A stretch of DNA of 64,000 nt from contig NC_068982.1 in the NCBI RefSeq assembly GCF_001194135.2, forward strand, positions 31,894,453 to 31,958,452. Reading direction: 5' to 3'. The notes beneath the pieces were generated by a model. The model was not told where the DNA came from, searched no databases, and worked only from the letters and a program-made list of their open reading frames with translations. A program made the translations under genes and the position numbers. Positions 13,000-24,819 of this stretch are shown here, one piece after another (position 1 is the stretch's first letter; each line of letters begins with the position of its first letter). Source of the DNA: Octopus bimaculoides (lineage: Eukaryota).

Positions 13000-13048
13000 G
13001 TCTCCGATGAAGGGATACATTGGATTTTCCCTGAAACAGCTGTAAGAC
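13000..13048 (+). ncRNA. Minimal type-I hammerhead ribozyme motif (U4C core variant), probably in a Penelope-like pseudo-LTR
   Basis: GTCT-CCGATGA-AGGGA(12-nt loop)TCCCT-GAAA-CAGCTG-TA-AGAC: stem I GTCT/AGAC, stem II AGGGA/TCCCT, palindromic loopless stem III CAGCTG, GUA cleavage triplet ending at 13044. Confidence 0.75.
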
Positions 13049-13572
13049 TTTATCCATAAAATATAATTCTAACTTTNNNNNNNNNNNNNNNNNNNNNNNN
13101 NNNNNNNNNNNNNNNNNNNNNNNNNNNNNNNNNNNNNNNNNNNNNNNNNNNNNNNNNNNNNNNNNNNNNNNNNNNNNNNNNNNNNNNNNNNNNNNNNNNN
13201 NNNNNNNNNNNNNNNNNNNNNNNNNNNNNNNNNNNNNNNNNNNNNNNNNNNNNNNNNNNNNNNNNNNNNNNNNNNNNNNNNNNNNNNNNNNNNNNNNNNN
13301 NNNNNNNNNNNNNNNNNNNNNNNNNNNNNNNNNNNNNNNNNNNNNNNNNNNNNNNNNNNNNNNNNNNNNNNNNNNNNNNNNNNNNNNNNNNNNNNNNNNN
13401 NNNNNNNNNNNNNNNNNNNNNNNNNNNNNNNNNNNNNNNNNNNNNNNNNNNNNNNNNNNNNNNNNNNNNNNNNNNNNNNNNNNNNNNNNNNNNNNNNNNN
13501 NNNNNNNNNNNNNNNNNNNNNNNNNNNNNNNNNNNNNNNNNNNNNNNNNNNNNNNNNNNNNNNNNNNNNNNN

Positions 13573-13651
<79 letters not shown>

Positions 13652-13789
13652 CATATATGTAAGTGTGTGTGTCTATGTGTTTGTGTATATGTGTGTGTGC
13701 TTGTGCGGAGCTGAGAATGTCGGTGGCCGTGTGCGTGCACAAGCTCGAATGTTTGTGTATCCAATATTTGCGTATATATGTATACATGA

Positions 13790-13890
13790 GTCGCTGAGTT
13801 TACTGTGTGAAGCTTACTTCCAAACCATGTGATCTTGGTTTCAATCCCCCCGCGTGGCACCTGGGACAAGTGTTCGCACTCATATATGTG
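13790..13890 (+). mobile_element. SINE family 2 (CORE-like), 5' portion
   Basis: tRNA-like head remnant then CGTGGCACCTGGGACAAGTGTT, resembling the CORE-SINE central domain. Confidence 0.65.
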
Positions 13891-14159
13891 CAATCACTCA
13901 CCCACATACACACAAACACATATGCACAAACAAGTCTGATGAAGATGAGCAAACAGAAACATCGAAGCTATTAAACTATTATGTTTATTCACCTTTACAA
14001 GTATGCTAAAACATATTGAGTTCTTATTCGGTTATGAAGTTAAATCCATTGATATAAATCTGAGTGTATGTATATATATGTATTTGAAACACACATCCAC
14101 AGCCACTCAAATATGTATGTATGCATGTATGTATGTATGTATGTATGTATGTATATATA

Positions 14160-14782
14160 TTAAAGAACTTAAAAATATTAACACACACCTCATTACCTTA
14201 AATAACAAAATCGAGGACTCAAATCTTCTCGCCCGAGAAAGGATAAACAGTGAAGTCACTACTCACTACACTGATCAGGTTAGTAATGATTTACAACTTT
14301 TATACACAACCCTCAAATCAATATACATTAACAAACCAAACAATGAACAACAACCTCCTCTACACGATACTATCGACGAATTCATTATAAAACAAGAACA
14401 AATTAGTAAAGATTTAAACACTCTGTGTATTACACTAAAGTCGGTATTCACAAACAAACCGAACAACAGCCAACGCACACCAAATGAAACACATCAGGAC
14501 GCCATACTTACAGAAGTCAATTTAACAAAAAGAAAAATAGAAAATATTTGGAATACAAGCCTCCATAATAGAAAAATCGCTTACTGGAATATGATAAAAA
14601 ATTCCAACAAAGCAAATATTTACGAGGGATGGATGAACTCAACACCAATTATTCTCCCACACAAATTCCAGATCAAAACAATACCAAATGAACCTGACGG
14701 ACAGAGAACCATCAGGGAAAAGTTAGCAATTTCTCAAAATACAATGTTTATATACCAAAAAGATTTTATAAAATTTTTGTAA
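14160..14782 (+). mobile_element. A-rich open reading frame (~200 codons), probable retroelement (possibly Penelope-like) N-terminal region
   Basis: Stop-free from the end of a (TATG)n tract; internal repeat DQVSNDLQLLYTTLKSIYINKPNN / EQISKDLNTLCITLKSVFTNKPNN; no recognisable splice signals; flanked by hammerhead-like motifs at 13000 and ~13937. Family call is inference. Confidence 0.4.
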
Positions 14783-15377
14783 CATTTTTCTAACATTTTT
14801 CTGACATAATTTAAATATATACTTTAACCAAGTAACACAAGCCTTCTGTAGTTTTTTCACTCTTATTATCTTTTATATATANNNNNNNNNNNNNNNNNNN
14901 NNNNNNNNNNNNNNNNNNNNNNNNNNNNNNNNNNNNNNNNNNNNNNNNNNNNNNNNNNNNNNNNNNNNNNNNNNNNNNNNNNNNNNNNNNNNNNNNNNNN
15001 NNNNNNNNNNNNNNNNNNNNNNNNNNNNNNNNNNNNNNNNNNNNNNNNNNNNNNNNNNNNNNNNNNNNNNNNNNNNNNNNNNNNNNNNNNNNNNNNNNNN
15101 NNNNNNNNNNNNNNNNNNNNNNNNNNNNNNNNNNNNNNNNNNNNNNNNNNNNNNNNNNNNNNNNNNNNNNNNNNNNNNNNNNNNNNNNNNNNNNNNNNNN
15201 NNNNNNNNNNNNNNNNNNNNNNNNNNNNNNNNNNNNNNNNNNNNNNNNNNNNNNNNNNNNNNNNNNNNNNNNNNNNNNNNNNNNNNNNNNNNNNNNNNNN
15301 NNNNNNNNNNNNNNNNNNNNNNNNNNNNNNNNNNNNNNNNNNNNNNNNNNNNNNNNNNNNNNNNNNNNNNNNNNNNN

Positions 15378-15423
<46 letters not shown>

Positions 15424-15536
15424 TGCATATATCTATACATATATACATACATGTATGTGTGTGTGATATATATATTCATAAATTTATTCACATATGTATA
15501 TAAAGTATAGATGCATGCATAACCAAGCAAGTATAC

Positions 15537-15572
<36 letters not shown>

Positions 15573-17924
15573 TTATGTATGTAAGTGTGTGTGTGTGTGT
15601 GTGTATACCCACTTATATTTGCATAAATAGTCTTATATTTGTTTGTGCGTATATTTACATATATGTATATATACATCCATACGCTCAAATGTGTACATAT
15701 TGAGGTATTCATAAGCGCTCATGTACATTTACACGCACGCACGCATGCACACAATTATTTATTACACACAGACGAATATAAACGCATTTATACATTCATA
15801 TATATGCACTCACATAAACATATACATATATGTACACGTATGTGTACACATATATTTATTCACTCACAGAAACAAATATATCTCCACACCTAAATATTTA
15901 TAATACATAATCTGACCATATGCTCCCGATATAGCGGTAGGGATGTAAGATAACGAACGATAAGGTTTGTATGTTAATAGGTGTATGTGTGGACGGGATA
16001 TTAAGAGTGACGAGAGAGAGAGAGAGAGATAGAGAGAGAAGGGGAGAAGGAGCGAGTGCAATATAAGAATAAAAAATAAAATGAAAGAATGAAAGAAATG
16101 AAAAAGTAGAAAGAATTGTTAGAAGTGGAATCAAACAAACGGCTAAAAGTTGCTTGTTTGGAAGCTATTTATTTTCATTATATCTCCTTAGTGAGCACTG
16201 AAGTCGTGGTGCTAATCCTTTAATCTGCTGGTTTGAAGTGGTTCATTATAAATGCGATTTTTATTTGATGACCAATCGATTCTCTAGAAAAGTGATCGAC
16301 AAACTGTAAAGTTGCACTATGGGAAGACAATAGCATGACACTGGAATTAGAACTTCTATCAAAACGTCACTAATCTAACTAAATCCTCGTGTCTTTCTTG
16401 TGTTTGTTTGTGTCTTTATTTTCGCGCACGCGCATGCGTGTGAATGAGTGAGTGTATGTGTGTGAGAGTATATGCGCGTTTGTATGTGTGTAGTTTTCTG
16501 CGCTTATAGTGTTGTGTAAGTATTTATATCTTTGTATCGCTTAAGCTGTTGCATGTATTTAACTATCACAAAGTCTGTGCGTGTTCTTGCTTATACATAA
16601 GGCCTGTACGTGCGTGCATCTGGGAATACATTCTATGTATGCGTAAAGTCCTGTATATATGTGTCAAGTCGGTTAAGTGCTTCTTGTGACATGTAATCCA
16701 GTACAACCTGTTACATAGCCAGGTCGTCGGTGATTAAACAGACACAACTTCCAGACTCGTCTGTAAGGAGGGTTGCTGGAAACTCAACGAGACAGATAAA
16801 AGACGGATGAACCCTATTTAAAGCCAACAGCTACCTAGCTAGAGTGCAAGGGACAAAAATATCCACGAATATTGATCAAGCGGGTTGCACGACCTGTTTG
16901 CGTTTGATAGACTCTTAGTGTTTGTCATAACATAGGTACATGGCGGTAGATAGGGGTTTTACAGTTGTACTGGTAACCTACACGTACAGCTCTGAGCATT
17001 TGTGGGTGAGTCCAGAAAAACGAAAGATAGTGAGTATACTCTGAGAAAAAAAACGGCTGTGGTGGTTAGCTTAAGGTTGTTTTCTGATAAACTGGATTTC
17101 GGACAGCTTTCTGTAGCTCAGAGTAGATTCTACTAATCTCAGCTCGCCGTTGCCACTGGATCTATCCCTTTCACAATTAAGACAGTAATACTGGAAAGTA
17201 CTTGCCTCTAAGTCCACTATGCAGTCTCATTACACAGATACCTCTTGTCACAATGAAAACTGTGGATCTTGAATTTCAAATTGTTCGTGTTATAACACGC
17301 GTGTCTGTGCTCCTGAAACATTGTCACTTCCGTATAATGTCCCTGTCCCAGGCGATACATGAAACGTCTAGAATAAATCGTAGCAGGCGATATTCATTTC
17401 ATCGGTCATCTGCATATTTTCACCTTCTGTTGCAGATGTTCTTTAAGCACTACAATCATCAAAGTATCTAGAGATAGGGAGATAATGGGTTAATCAAAGG
17501 ATCAGCAATCCAAGAAAGAGATGAATCGAAATGTACGATCGTTAGTGGATACACAACTGAAGATGTTAGTCGTGAGCAAATTTTAATGGACAACCATAAG
17601 CAAATACGTGATGCGTATGATTGTCTGTCTATTCGTACCAATATAACCTCGCTCATGTATACATATGTATAAAATTTAATTATTCCTTCCATACTGTATT
17701 TGTATAACGAGAGCACTTTTGAGCAGAATATATACATACACCCACATAAGTACGTACACACACACACACACGGACATATACACACACATACACGCACACG
17801 CACACATATATATATATATATACGTACATTTATATCAATATACGTATATACACAAACGTACATACATACGTACTTACAAACATATATAAATACATATGCA
17901 CCTAGTTACAGTATTCTCAAATGA

Positions 17925-19580
17925 TGTAGGATTGGAGTTGGTTTAGGATAAATGTTCTTATATGGTTGTGAAAAGGAGAAAACTGTAAACCAAGCCAGCA
18001 AGATCTCCATCAATGATTCCCCCTATATCTGACGAGGAATGTTACAGGTAGCCAGTGATGGATGAAAACATATCTTACAATGGCACCAGTAGCAAAACAC
18101 ATGTCACTAATACAGCCGAATAAAGAAAATTTGGACTTCAGTACTCTCTGCATTCAATAAAACAGTGGCCCACAATGTGTTTGCATTGCCAGTACACATG
18201 CCAACCTTTGGGTTGCTAGATTGGACGCTCGATGAGATCCGAGCCATTGATGTGAAAATCCGAAAAATACTAACAAGCACACATAATTTCCACATAAACA
18301 GTGACGAAAACCACCGCTACCTAAAACGAAAGCAAAGCAGCAGAAGCTTAACATCGATCTAAATTGCTTTTGATGTCGTATCATATCCCTTCAGCAACAT
18401 CTTTTAACCACCAAGTCTCGAAGTGCATCCTTTGACGAAGTTTTCCTACATAAGGCTGATAACCTCATAAGACTTGGAAGGCAGCTCATTGAGCAACATT
18501 CCTTGTCTAATACCCTAAAATACATGCCCAAAGAAGTCGTACGACTCTACCGCAACACATCATCAGATGAAAGGAGGAGCTTGTTTGAGTCGAACACTAT
18601 ACATGGATATGTTGGTAGAAAGCTCCGAGATGACAGTAACATTGATCAATAAAGCAGTCTATGATGGACCAATAACCGGATTACTACCTTCTACTTTCAA
18701 GGGTATGCGTTTGCAATCGAGGAACAGGAAATATCAACCAAATACCTGATGCACAAAAGGGATAGAGATGCAGGGAAAACATTAAAATGTGACAACCGAT
18801 ACAGACTTTGCGGAGTTAACAACGAAGATATCACCTCATCACAAGCAGTTGTCTGAAAATGACATCACGGGGTATTATCTACCAATGAGACATGCTGTTG
18901 TGGCTAGGACACTCTATAATGTAATCCGTCGGAAGGATAACCCCGCGAACAAAGAAATAAGAACCTAAGAAGCCTTAGCCACTCATAATAAAAAGGAATA
19001 CTGATAGAATGTACCCATGAAGACCTCAATAATATATAAATAAACACAACAGACCTGATATAATGATTTGGGATAGAGAAGAGAAACTGTGCACAGTTGT
19101 GGAAATTAGCTACCCAGCGGATGTTGACATAAAGCTGAAGATCAGTGAAAATAAGAATACCTACACTGAACTATTGAGAAATCTGCAGTTACTCTATCCA
19201 GACTACAAGCTGAGGTTTATACCTGTAATTATTGGAGCCATGGGAATATGTAACACACTGCCTAAATACCAATCATGAGAAATTAGGCTTCTCAAAACCA
19301 GAAAGGAGAAAGCTAATCCGTAGACTACAGAACCAATCCTTTACTGGAACTGTAAAAATCTGTAAAACTTTCCAGAAGTTTATCATTTAAATATATATGA
19401 GCATGTCCAGATATACAACTACATGCATGAGAATAGATACATAAAACAAAACATACATACAAACAAATATATATACTCCACTGTTAGTGCTGAAATTCCA
19501 ATGAAGGAGCCTTGAATCTAGGTTAGAAACCAATTCTTTCTCTATTGGTAAGAAATCTTAAAATAAAACTGAATAATGAC
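17925..19580 (+). mobile_element. R4/Dong-clade non-LTR retrotransposon, copy B (divergent family, CATA/TA-repeat flanks)
   Basis: GLELV*DKCSYM (RT), AHNVFALPVHMPTFGLLDWTLDEIRAIDVKIRKIL, YLPMRHAVVA, RPDIMIWDREEKLCTVVEISYPAD (RLE), IPVIIGAMG; followed by ATACATATATAC rather than (AAT)n. Confidence 0.88.
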
Positions 19581-19651
19581 ATACATATATACAGACAGAC
19601 AGACAGACAGACACACACACACACACATGTATATATATATATATATACATT

Positions 19652-19822
19652 TCACAAGGGGGTAAACATAGAGGGGACAAACAAGGACAGACAAAAGAAT
19701 TAAGTCGATTACATCGACCCCAGTGCGTAACTGGTACTTAATTTCTTGACCCCGAAAGGATGAAAGGCAAAGTACACCTCGGTGGAATTGGAACTCAGAA
19801 CGTAGAGACAGACGAAGTACCT
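19652..19822 (-). mobile_element. SINE family 1 variant with an alternative 3' tail
   Basis: Same core (CCTTTCATCCTTTCGGGGTCAAGAAATTAAGTACCAG), but tail reads TTTGTCTGTCCTTGTTTGTCCCCTCTATGTTTACCCCCTT instead of GCCTTGTGCC...GAAAGGATT. Confidence 0.82.
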
Positions 19823-20830
19823 AAACGAATAATAAATACGAAATTATTGAATTGGTGATAACGCCTGTAGTAATTATGCTTCAACGCTCTGTCTATTGAG
19901 TTCAAATTTTGTCGATGCAGACTGCGATTTCCATCTCTTCAGAGACAATCGTTTCAATAAAAATAATATATTTTGTCCGTGAGTCTATCCAATCAAATAT
20001 TCCTTTCCGCCAGAGAATAGTAATCTTTGTACTAAAAATAGATGCCACTTTGTTAGTGTATGGTCAAGTAATTTGAGGAAATTCCAGCTTCCAAATTTAT
20101 AACTGATAAAAAAATATAGTAATGAAATTTTTGTTATATAAAATGTTAATCTCAAATTCTCTTTCTTCTAGAGTGCAGCAAGTTCTATTAGATTATTTCC
20201 AGGAATTGTTTCTATTGTCACATGAAAAAGTATAGTAAATAATTTGAAGTCATCCATGTGTAACCGAATGTCTGCAAAATGTATGGAATATTCAGTTCTG
20301 AAATTACGTGTTAGCGGATTTAATTTCCTGCAATCTAGGAAAATTAATAAAGTAGCTAACTAACTACAATGGGAAATTATATTACTAAGAATGCAAGAAC
20401 TGAACACACAGCATCTATTGAAAATTTTCATGTTTTTTTTGTTATCAAGTATTGCATGGCTTCCATGTGTATCCGTAATTTAATTTGTGAATACTAAACA
20501 ATCTGTTTTCAAACATTTCACGACTTACTATTTGTTTTCTGTTCACCAGGCAAAATTTCCTAAATTCTGGCATTTTGTGTCATGATACAAATCCTTAAAT
20601 TCCATATTTATAGCAATTGGTTCGTGACAAATTAAATTTCGTGTTCCACGGAAAGTATTTCTCTGTTTAAACTTCCAGGAATACACGAGAATTAACTTCT
20701 AAAGTTTCTATGTGAAAAATGTAGCCTTCGGATTCCTAACTGATACATCCTGTGATACCTAACTCCGTGAATTAATGCTCTTTACAGAACCATCTCGAAG
20801 AATAATGAAGTGTATTTTATTTCCATACAG

Positions 20831-20996
20831 ATATTTTTCTGGATACCTCAATTCATTGTCAGCAGAATCATTAGATCTTTGGGCAAAATACCTATCGACA
20901 ATTATGCATAGCCCTTTACGTCCTGAATATAAATCCTGTCGAAGTCAACTTTACATTTGTTCTTGCGGAATAGATAAATTAAATACTAGTCGAGAT
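20831..20996 (+). CDS. Candidate internal coding exon (YFSGYLNSLSAESLDLWAKYLSTIMHSPLRPEYKSCRSQLYICSCGIDKLNTSRD), unknown product
   Basis: Acceptor TATTTTATTTCCATACAG|A, donor GAT|GTGAGT, 166 nt, open frame (phase 2 in, phase 0 out), unique sequence. Confidence 0.5.
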
Positions 20997-21444
20997 GTGA
21001 GTATATATGATGGACTGTTGTCTCACAGAAATCATTGTTACCACCGAAGCTGAATCAACTAAAAGTATTTATCTGTGCCTATTCGTGGAATATTAATAAA
21101 CTCAAAACTATCTTTTGTATTACGAGATTCTTAACTGTTAAGAAAGCTGTTTGCAGAGGAACGATAGGAGACGCGAACAATTAAAATTACATAAAAACGT
21201 ATAACTAACAAAACAAAAAAATTCAATCTCAAGAATCAAAATCTCACATATTGAATTCTATATATTTACATATTGAATTCGTACATTTGAAAGGTGGGCG
21301 ATGAAAAGTTTAAAATGGTATTTTTGCTATCATTTCAGCAAACGTTTTCTTCATTAGTGATTCAGTGATTGAAAATATGACACTGAAAATAGTTTTGAAT
21401 TATCATTGAACTTCACTAAAATGTAATCCGAGCTAACATAAAGT

Positions 21445-21710
21445 GTTGAGTACTAGGGTCGATGTAATCGACTAGCCCTTCCCCCAAAGTTTTAGGCCTT
21501 GTGCCTATAATAGAAAAAATTATTATAAGGTGGTGAGCTAGCAAAATCGTTAGCACGCCGGGTGAACTGCTTGGCGGCATTTCGTCCCTCTTCACGTTCA
21601 AATTCTGCAGTGAGCTAACAGAATTGTTAGCGTGTCGGACAAAAGCTTAGCGACATTTCTTCCGGCTTTTCACGTTCTCCGTTGAAATTCTGCAGCGATC
21701 GTGGCTTTCC
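21445..21710 (+). mobile_element. Head-to-tail tandem of three SINE family 1 fragments
   Basis: 3' half ending GAAAAAATTATT (to ~21520), then a new head AAGGTGGTGAGCTAGC to the B box (~21525-21610), then a third head TGAGCTAACAGAATTG (~21611-21710). Confidence 0.85.
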
Positions 21711-21994
21711 GTAACATTATAAAACGGCACAATCATGTTATTGAATGTATTCACTTTTCAATTGTACATACCTTCCAGTTAGGCTTACTTTCTTCCCATT
21801 TTCCCCACGAATTGTAAATTTGTTATAAATGTTTCACTTTATTGACAATGTGTCACCTGCCTGTTGTTCTGCTTGTTTTTTGTTCTTTTTTCTTTTTGCG
21901 CAGTTTAATTTTGTTACACTGTTTGTTGTGAGATCACGATTACTCAACTAAATCGAAAATAGTTTTGAGTAGATGCAATAGCCTTCATTTTTTG

Positions 21995-23300
21995 TTTTGT
22001 TACAAATGTCCGATACTGGAGTAGTTAATCCCTCTAGCTTCTATCCCTCAAATTATGAGGATTCAGAATTAAAAATTTCCGAATTTTCAGGCTCGTTGAG
22101 CGATGAAGGCACGCAGCTTAAGATTATAATTTGGTTCATTGTGAATGATCTTCAATCACATACGGTGCCACCGCGTAATTTCCAATTTTAAAAACAAACT
22201 GGGCTATTGGATAACATCAACTAAACAAGTAAACTTCGTTTAACTTCATTCTAGGAATTATACAAGAGTTTACCAATTACGGTTAAAGTCAAAGTACTGA
22301 AACAGACACTTTTGAGAAAAAGACTTACGTCTGGGACCTGGGGAAATGGGATCGACGATGAAGGCCATTTCTGGTATCTTTCATAAATATGAGGCTAATT
22401 AAAAAAAAAGTATGTTTAATTGATTACTGAAATAAAGCAAACTCTCACAGGAAATACCGTTTTTTGGTTCAGTTTTCAAACATGACACATTTATGTTACC
22501 ATTATTGATACTGAACATTCCCTTCGTTGAAAATAATAGTTGTTGCGGGATTTCTATCCTTTATCTCACTGAGAAGTTACCTCTATACTGACAATTTCTG
22601 CACATCGGTTTTGTTTCGAGAACCCTACAATCAAAGTACTCTGTCACTAAAAGAAGTAGAACGAAAGGAAAGAGACTACCCCTAAACTTTCAAACGAAAA
22701 CTGTCCTGTCTCCATACAACGCTCTATTTGCTGTTGGATAAGAAAATCTGAAACGTGATTCTTTTGCTATCAGCATGTTCCGCAAAACTGAAGGGAGCCA
22801 TCTCAAAAAGGTGCCAAAAGAAACAAAAGCCAAAAATTATTGAAGAGAACAATCATGAGTGACGTTAACCTTTATGACCTTCACCTCTATGCGTCTCTTG
22901 ATAAAAGGAAAACATGAAAGTGGTCATAGAAGATGTTCATTAATATACTGAACAGTATGTAGAACTCTTATATCTTGCACTCTAATAAGGCGATAAGCTG
23001 GCAGAATCGTTAGCACGCCAGGCAAAAATGCTAAGCGGCATTTAGTCCGTCTTTACGTTCTGAGTTCAAATTCCGCCGAGATCGACATTGTCTTTGATCC
23101 TTTCGGAGTCGATAATTTGCCAGTCAAGTTTTGGGGTCCTCCCACCAAATTTCAGGCCTTGTACCTATAGTAGAAAGGATCTTTTACACTCTAATATTTC
23201 TCAGAAATCAAATCCGCGTTGGCTTTTATGTAAGAAAAAAAGGGTGTTTTTCGAGTGCTGGAAAACACCCGCAGATGATACATCAGAATTCGCGACTTCA
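21995..23300 (+). mobile_element. piggyBac-family transposase fossil, interrupted by a SINE
   Basis: Acidic/Ser-rich N-terminus, LYTDNFCTSVLF (22581-22616), DKKI*NVILLLSA, RKT*KWS*KMFINILNSM*NSYILH (22906-22980) and Cys-rich C-terminal remnant CKKKRVFFECWK. TIRs not found. Confidence 0.75.
22984..23185 (+). mobile_element. SINE family 1, inserted in the piggyBac fossil
   Basis: AATAAGGCGATAAGCTGGCAGAATCGTTAGCACG...GAGTTCAAATTCCGCCGAG...GGCCTTGTACCTATAGTAGAAAGGAT. Confidence 0.92.
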
Positions 23301-24073
23301 TCTGAAGTGAACTGTATTCCTTGCTGGAAAGCGCAAAAACTGTGTTATTTGTATTTACCGATCTCAATGTTGCTCCTAAAACAAAAAGAACTAGCTTCAC
23401 GTGCAAAATTTATAGTATATAACTTTGGAGAGCTGCTGGAAACAGTACCATTCAGAGGATCTGCAACCTTTTTTATTATTTCAAATATCATTTTTGCTTT
23501 TGATTTTGCATTACTTATAACTGATTTCTTTGGATTTTAACGGAAACTGATAAATAAATAAGATTATAAGATAACAAATCTTTATTTTTTTTTTCTTTTC
23601 TTCCCCAAATCTGTCCACTTTTCACAAAATATTAGACATACATTTCTGAGCTTTAAACAGAGATACACTAGTTCAGAGAGATAACAGGGTAACGCCGTTG
23701 GTAGGAAAGGTTGGGAAGATGTAAGGGGTGAGTGGAATATATTATGATAATAAAACAGGGAACACTAAGATAAGACAAGTTAAGAGAAAAGCACTTGTGA
23801 AAATGACAGGAGAAATGAGCAAGGAAAAGAAAGTAACAATTGGGAAAGGAAAACGAAAAATGAAAAGTGAGAAAATGAAAAATTGAAAAGCTGAAGAAGA
23901 GTGAACGGGTGAGATTTTAATAGATTACATGAACTGTAAGGAAAACCTCGGAAATCCTCGTTTTAAATTTTAAAAAAGTTCATCACTGCCCTACCCCAAA
24001 AAATCTTTTTCGGGGACAATGCAGAAATTACCAAGTTTTAACAGCTTAAAGACAGACTGACAGACAGACAAAC

Positions 24074-24160
<87 letters not shown>

Positions 24161-24166
24161 ACCTAC

Positions 24167-24235
24167 TTGTGGCGTGTGGTCAGTGTATAGCCTTGTTGCT
24201 ATGCCAACACATTATCCAAAGATACACACTGTCTA
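24167..24235 (-). other. Candidate 69-nt non-coding/UTR exon
   Basis: Acceptor TTTTCTTACATTTCAG| and donor CAA|GTAGGT; stops in all three frames. Confidence 0.22.
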
Positions 24236-24819
24236 CTGAAATGTAAGAAAATTAATGAAATCTTGCAAAACTAAGATTAGGGAGAATAAACATCAGCTTC
24301 ATTGTTAACTATTAATTATATAATCTTCAATATGCTTTTGTATGTAATTATGTAGGATAACAGTTCAACATAAGACATTCCACAAAGAACTAACAATCAG
24401 TTAGGACAAATGGAGTAGCAGCAATATTCTACATGATAACAATGAAATGATAGTTAAGAGAAAAATAACAAAAACTTCGAAAAGTACACAAAATATGTGA
24501 AACGCAAATTTTAATTCGTTAAGAAATAACCAGAGGCAGAAAATGGTTTTGCAAAACAAATTCTTAGAAAAATTGGGAACCGAGTCACAGAGGATGAACA
24601 AAAATGATAACACTAATTGTGGTCGTATAGTCTGGGTCTGTTCTAATCCATCTAATCTATGAAAAGAGCGTTTTAGTCATGACCATCTTATATTTTCAAA
24701 CATAATGTGTCTAGGGCTGCATTCAACTACGTGTCCTATATGATTGGAGGGATATTTCACTGTTATTTCCAGTACGCCGAGTAACAGCGTATATCCTCCC
24801 AATGTTTCCAAATATTAGT

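Noticed and set aside
17283-17305. Overlapping palindromes CGTGTTATAACACG and ACACGCGTGT
   Set aside because: Single occurrence, no spacer or array context, no linked feature; short palindromes are expected in 64 kb.
19921-19950. CTGAAGA…GAAA on the minus strand as a hammerhead
   Set aside because: Only 4 nt between the core strands, so no stem II; it lies within a decayed SINE core.
20165-21180. Long semi-open minus-strand frame suggesting a decayed gene or viral insert
   Set aside because: Still contains over a dozen stops, not clearly below expectation for this composition; no motif; the plus-strand exon at 20831-20996 explains part of it.
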